DNA of 64,000 bases from Betaproteobacteria bacterium (GTDB taxonomy: Bacteria > Pseudomonadota > Gammaproteobacteria > Burkholderiales > Ferrovaceae): positions 9,261-73,260 of the forward strand of contig JAGXAW010000002.1 in the NCBI GenBank assembly GCA_018971415.1, given 5' to 3'. The notes under the pieces are model-generated. The model was not told where the DNA came from. It ran no database searches and was given only the letters and a program-made list of their open reading frames with translations. Shown piece after piece: positions 62,077 through 64,000 of the stretch (position 1 is the stretch's first letter; every line of letters starts with the position of its first letter). The translations under genes and the position numbers were made by a program.

Positions 62077-62793
62077 CTACTTACCTAATGCTTTCTTTTG
62101 TAATTCAATCAATTGGTGACAGCCTGTTTCTGCTAACTGTAATAAACTGTCTAGATGATTACGGGTAAAAGGCTCTCCCTCTGCAGTCCCTTGTAACTCA
62201 ATAAATCGACCATCTTCTGTCATAACCACATTCATATCTGTGTCACAGCCTGAGTCTTCGTCATAATCCAAATCTAAAACTGGTTGACCTTGGTAAACAC
62301 CCACAGAGACGGCGGCAACATGTTGATAAATGGGACTTTTTGAAAGGATACCCTGTTTGAGTAGCTTATCGACGGCATCACGAAGAGCCACGAAAGCGCC
62401 TGTAATACTGGCAGTTCTTGTACCTCCATCGGCTTGGATTACATCACAATCTATATGGATTGTTCGCTCGCCAAGGAGATTCAGATCCAACACAGCTCGT
62501 AATGAGCGTCCAATCAGTCTCTGTATTTCTTGGGTTCGGCCTGATTGCTTTCCAGAAACAGACTCACGCTGCATCCTTGTATGAGTTGATCTTGGTAACA
62601 TGCCGTACTCAGCGGTTAACCAACCTTGGTTTTTACCCTTAAGAAATGAGGGAATTTTATCTTCAATACTCACCGTACACAAAACCTGGGTGAAGCCAAA
62701 TTCAACCATAACGGCCCCCTCGGCGTAACGGGTCGCTTGTCGTGTAAATTTAATGTCTCTTAATTGTTGAGCTTGCCGTTGACTTGGTCTCAT
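62077..62793 (-). CDS. rph: Ribonuclease PH
   Basis: [32 protein letters not shown]. Confidence 0.95.
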   Translation of the reverse strand: MRPSQRQAQQLRDIKFTRQATRYAEGAVMVEFGFTQVLCTVSIEDKIPSFLKGKNQGWLTAEYGMLPRSTHTRMQRESVSGKQSGRTQEIQRLIGRSLRAVLDLNLLGERTIHIDCDVIQADGGTRTASITGAFVALRDAVDKLLKQGILSKSPIYQHVAAVSVGVYQGQPVLDLDYDEDSGCDTDMNVVMTEDGRFIELQGTAEGEPFTRNHLDSLLQLAETGCHQLIELQKKALGK

Positions 62794-62845
62794 AATTGTT
62801 CCTAAGTGAGTTATCATAGACATATTATTCTTTTGTATAAACATT

Positions 62846-63721
62846 ATGGCTGAATCTTTACATAGTATGACTGGTTTTGCATCGGAAATCAGAGAATTAC
62901 CCTATGGTACTCTGTCTATCGATCTTAAATCCGTTAATCATCGATTTCTAGATATCCAAATTAGACTTCCCGATAGTTTAAGAAGCCTAGAGTCCGCTTT
63001 TAGAGAACGAATCAGTAAATCCTTACAGAGAGGAAAAATTGATTGCCGTATTGATTTAAGACTAAGAGATCAAGCTACCAACCCCACTTTACTGAATACT
63101 TCTGTACTAGAGCAACTTCGCTCAGCCAGTGCTGTAGTTCAAGAGGTCTTTACTGATGCAACTCCTTTATCTGTTCACGATATTTTAAAGTGGCCAGGTG
63201 TTTTTCAAGTGGATAACCCCATCACTGACCAAATTGAAAATGATGTTTTATCCGTTCTTAATCAAATACTGCTAGATTTAAGCGAAGCAAGAAAAAGAGA
63301 GGGCTCTCAACTAGCACTGTTCCTCAAAGAAAGAGTGTTGGCTATAAGGCAAATTGTCCTTGCACTTACACCTGAGGTCCCTCTTTTTGTAAAACAGTTT
63401 GAAGAAAGGTTAAAATTACGTTTTCAAGAAGCCTTAGGTAGTGAGCGTGAAGAAAGAATTTATCAAGAAATTGCTCTAATGGCTGCAAAAGTAGATATTG
63501 AGGAAGAAATTAGTCGACTTAATCTTCATCTTGATGAAACCTTAAGACTCATAGAGGCGGGAGGATCAATTGGAAAAAAACTTGATTTTCTCATGCAAGA
63601 ACTCAATAGAGAAGCCAACACATTAGGCTCAAAAGCTGTGGTAAACAAACTGTCTACCGGTGCTTTAGAGATGAAAATACTCATAGAACAAATGCGTGAA
63701 CAAATACAGAACATAGAATGA
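62846..63721 (+). CDS. yicC: YicC/YloC family endoribonuclease
   Basis: SMTGF, SVN.RFL, EE..RL..H, GKKLDFL.QE.NREANT, EQ.REQ.QN.E. Confidence 0.95.
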   Translation: MAESLHSMTGFASEIRELPYGTLSIDLKSVNHRFLDIQIRLPDSLRSLESAFRERISKSLQRGKIDCRIDLRLRDQATNPTLLNTSVLEQLRSASAVVQEVFTDATPLSVHDILKWPGVFQVDNPITDQIENDVLSVLNQILLDLSEARKREGSQLALFLKERVLAIRQIVLALTPEVPLFVKQFEERLKLRFQEALGSEREERIYQEIALMAAKVDIEEEISRLNLHLDETLRLIEAGGSIGKKLDFLMQELNREANTLGSKAVVNKLSTGALEMKILIEQMREQIQNIE

Positions 63722-64000
63722 CAGGTCAAATTTTTATCGTATCCGCCCCATCTGGTGCGGGAAAATCAAGCTTAGTTAATGCGTTAATCCAGGATGACGA
63801 TCATGTTCGTCTGTCTATCTCACATACGACAAGACCTCCACGTCCCGGGGAGGAAAATGGTAGAGAATACTTTTTTGTTGACCGCGAAGCTTTTAACGCT
63901 TTGATTAAGCAAAATGTATTTTTAGAATACGCTGAAGTTTACGGTAATTTTTATGGTACCTCGGCGCAAGCTATCAGAGAGCAACTGTCACAAAACAAAG
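63718..64000 (+). CDS. gmk: Guanylate kinase (5' part; truncated by the window edge)
   Basis: [38 protein letters not shown]. Confidence 0.95.
   Translation, partial: MTGQIFIVSAPSGAGKSSLVNALIQDDDHVRLSISHTTRPPRPGEENGREYFFVDREAFNALIKQNVFLEYAEVYGNFYGTSAQAIREQLSQNK

Overview
The window has two parts. (1) Positions 1 to ~28,020 are a mosaic genomic island abutting the 3' end of a tRNA-Thr(TGT) gene (28021-28096, minus). Left to right it holds a GC-rich copper/heavy-metal cluster (CopA-type P1B ATPase with many small uncharacterised membrane and secreted proteins), an extra ihfB and a decayed, internally deleted IS481. Next is a type I restriction-modification operon (hsdM-hsdS-hsdR) with an AbiJ-NTD/HEPN-like gene and an AbiEi/AbiEii type IV TA pair nested inside it, plus hsdR and rhuM scars. 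Then come a 75-bp IS481-derived miniature element, a MOBQ relaxase/oriT/MobC-like module and an HD-protein/XRE-regulator pair. Three candidate defence cassettes follow: DUF2971, an ABC-ATPase-TOPRIM (OLD-like) protein, and a small gene coupled to an SDH/Clp-fold protease. No integrase or T4SS is visible in the window. (2) Positions ~28,100 to 64,000 are AT-rich betaproteobacterial core genome: sspBA, petABC, an HtrA protease, tatABC, the his operon, murA, mlaFEDCB, kdsD/C-lptCAB-rpoN-hpf-ptsN-hprK-rapZ, mutY, tRNA-Gly(CCC), thiSG, trmB, ogt, hemW, rdgB, rph, yicC and partial gmk. Gene order and low GC fit a small-genome betaproteobacterium such as Ferrovum (inference only). The best candidates for an undescribed system are the HEPN-like gene embedded in the hsd operon (PrrC-like position), the small-ORF plus SDH protease pair, the stand-alone OLD-like ATPase-TOPRIM, and an XRE/HD/DUF2971 unit linked by a perfect 26-bp palindrome and shared half-sites. 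All family calls come from motif recognition by eye; no database searches were run.
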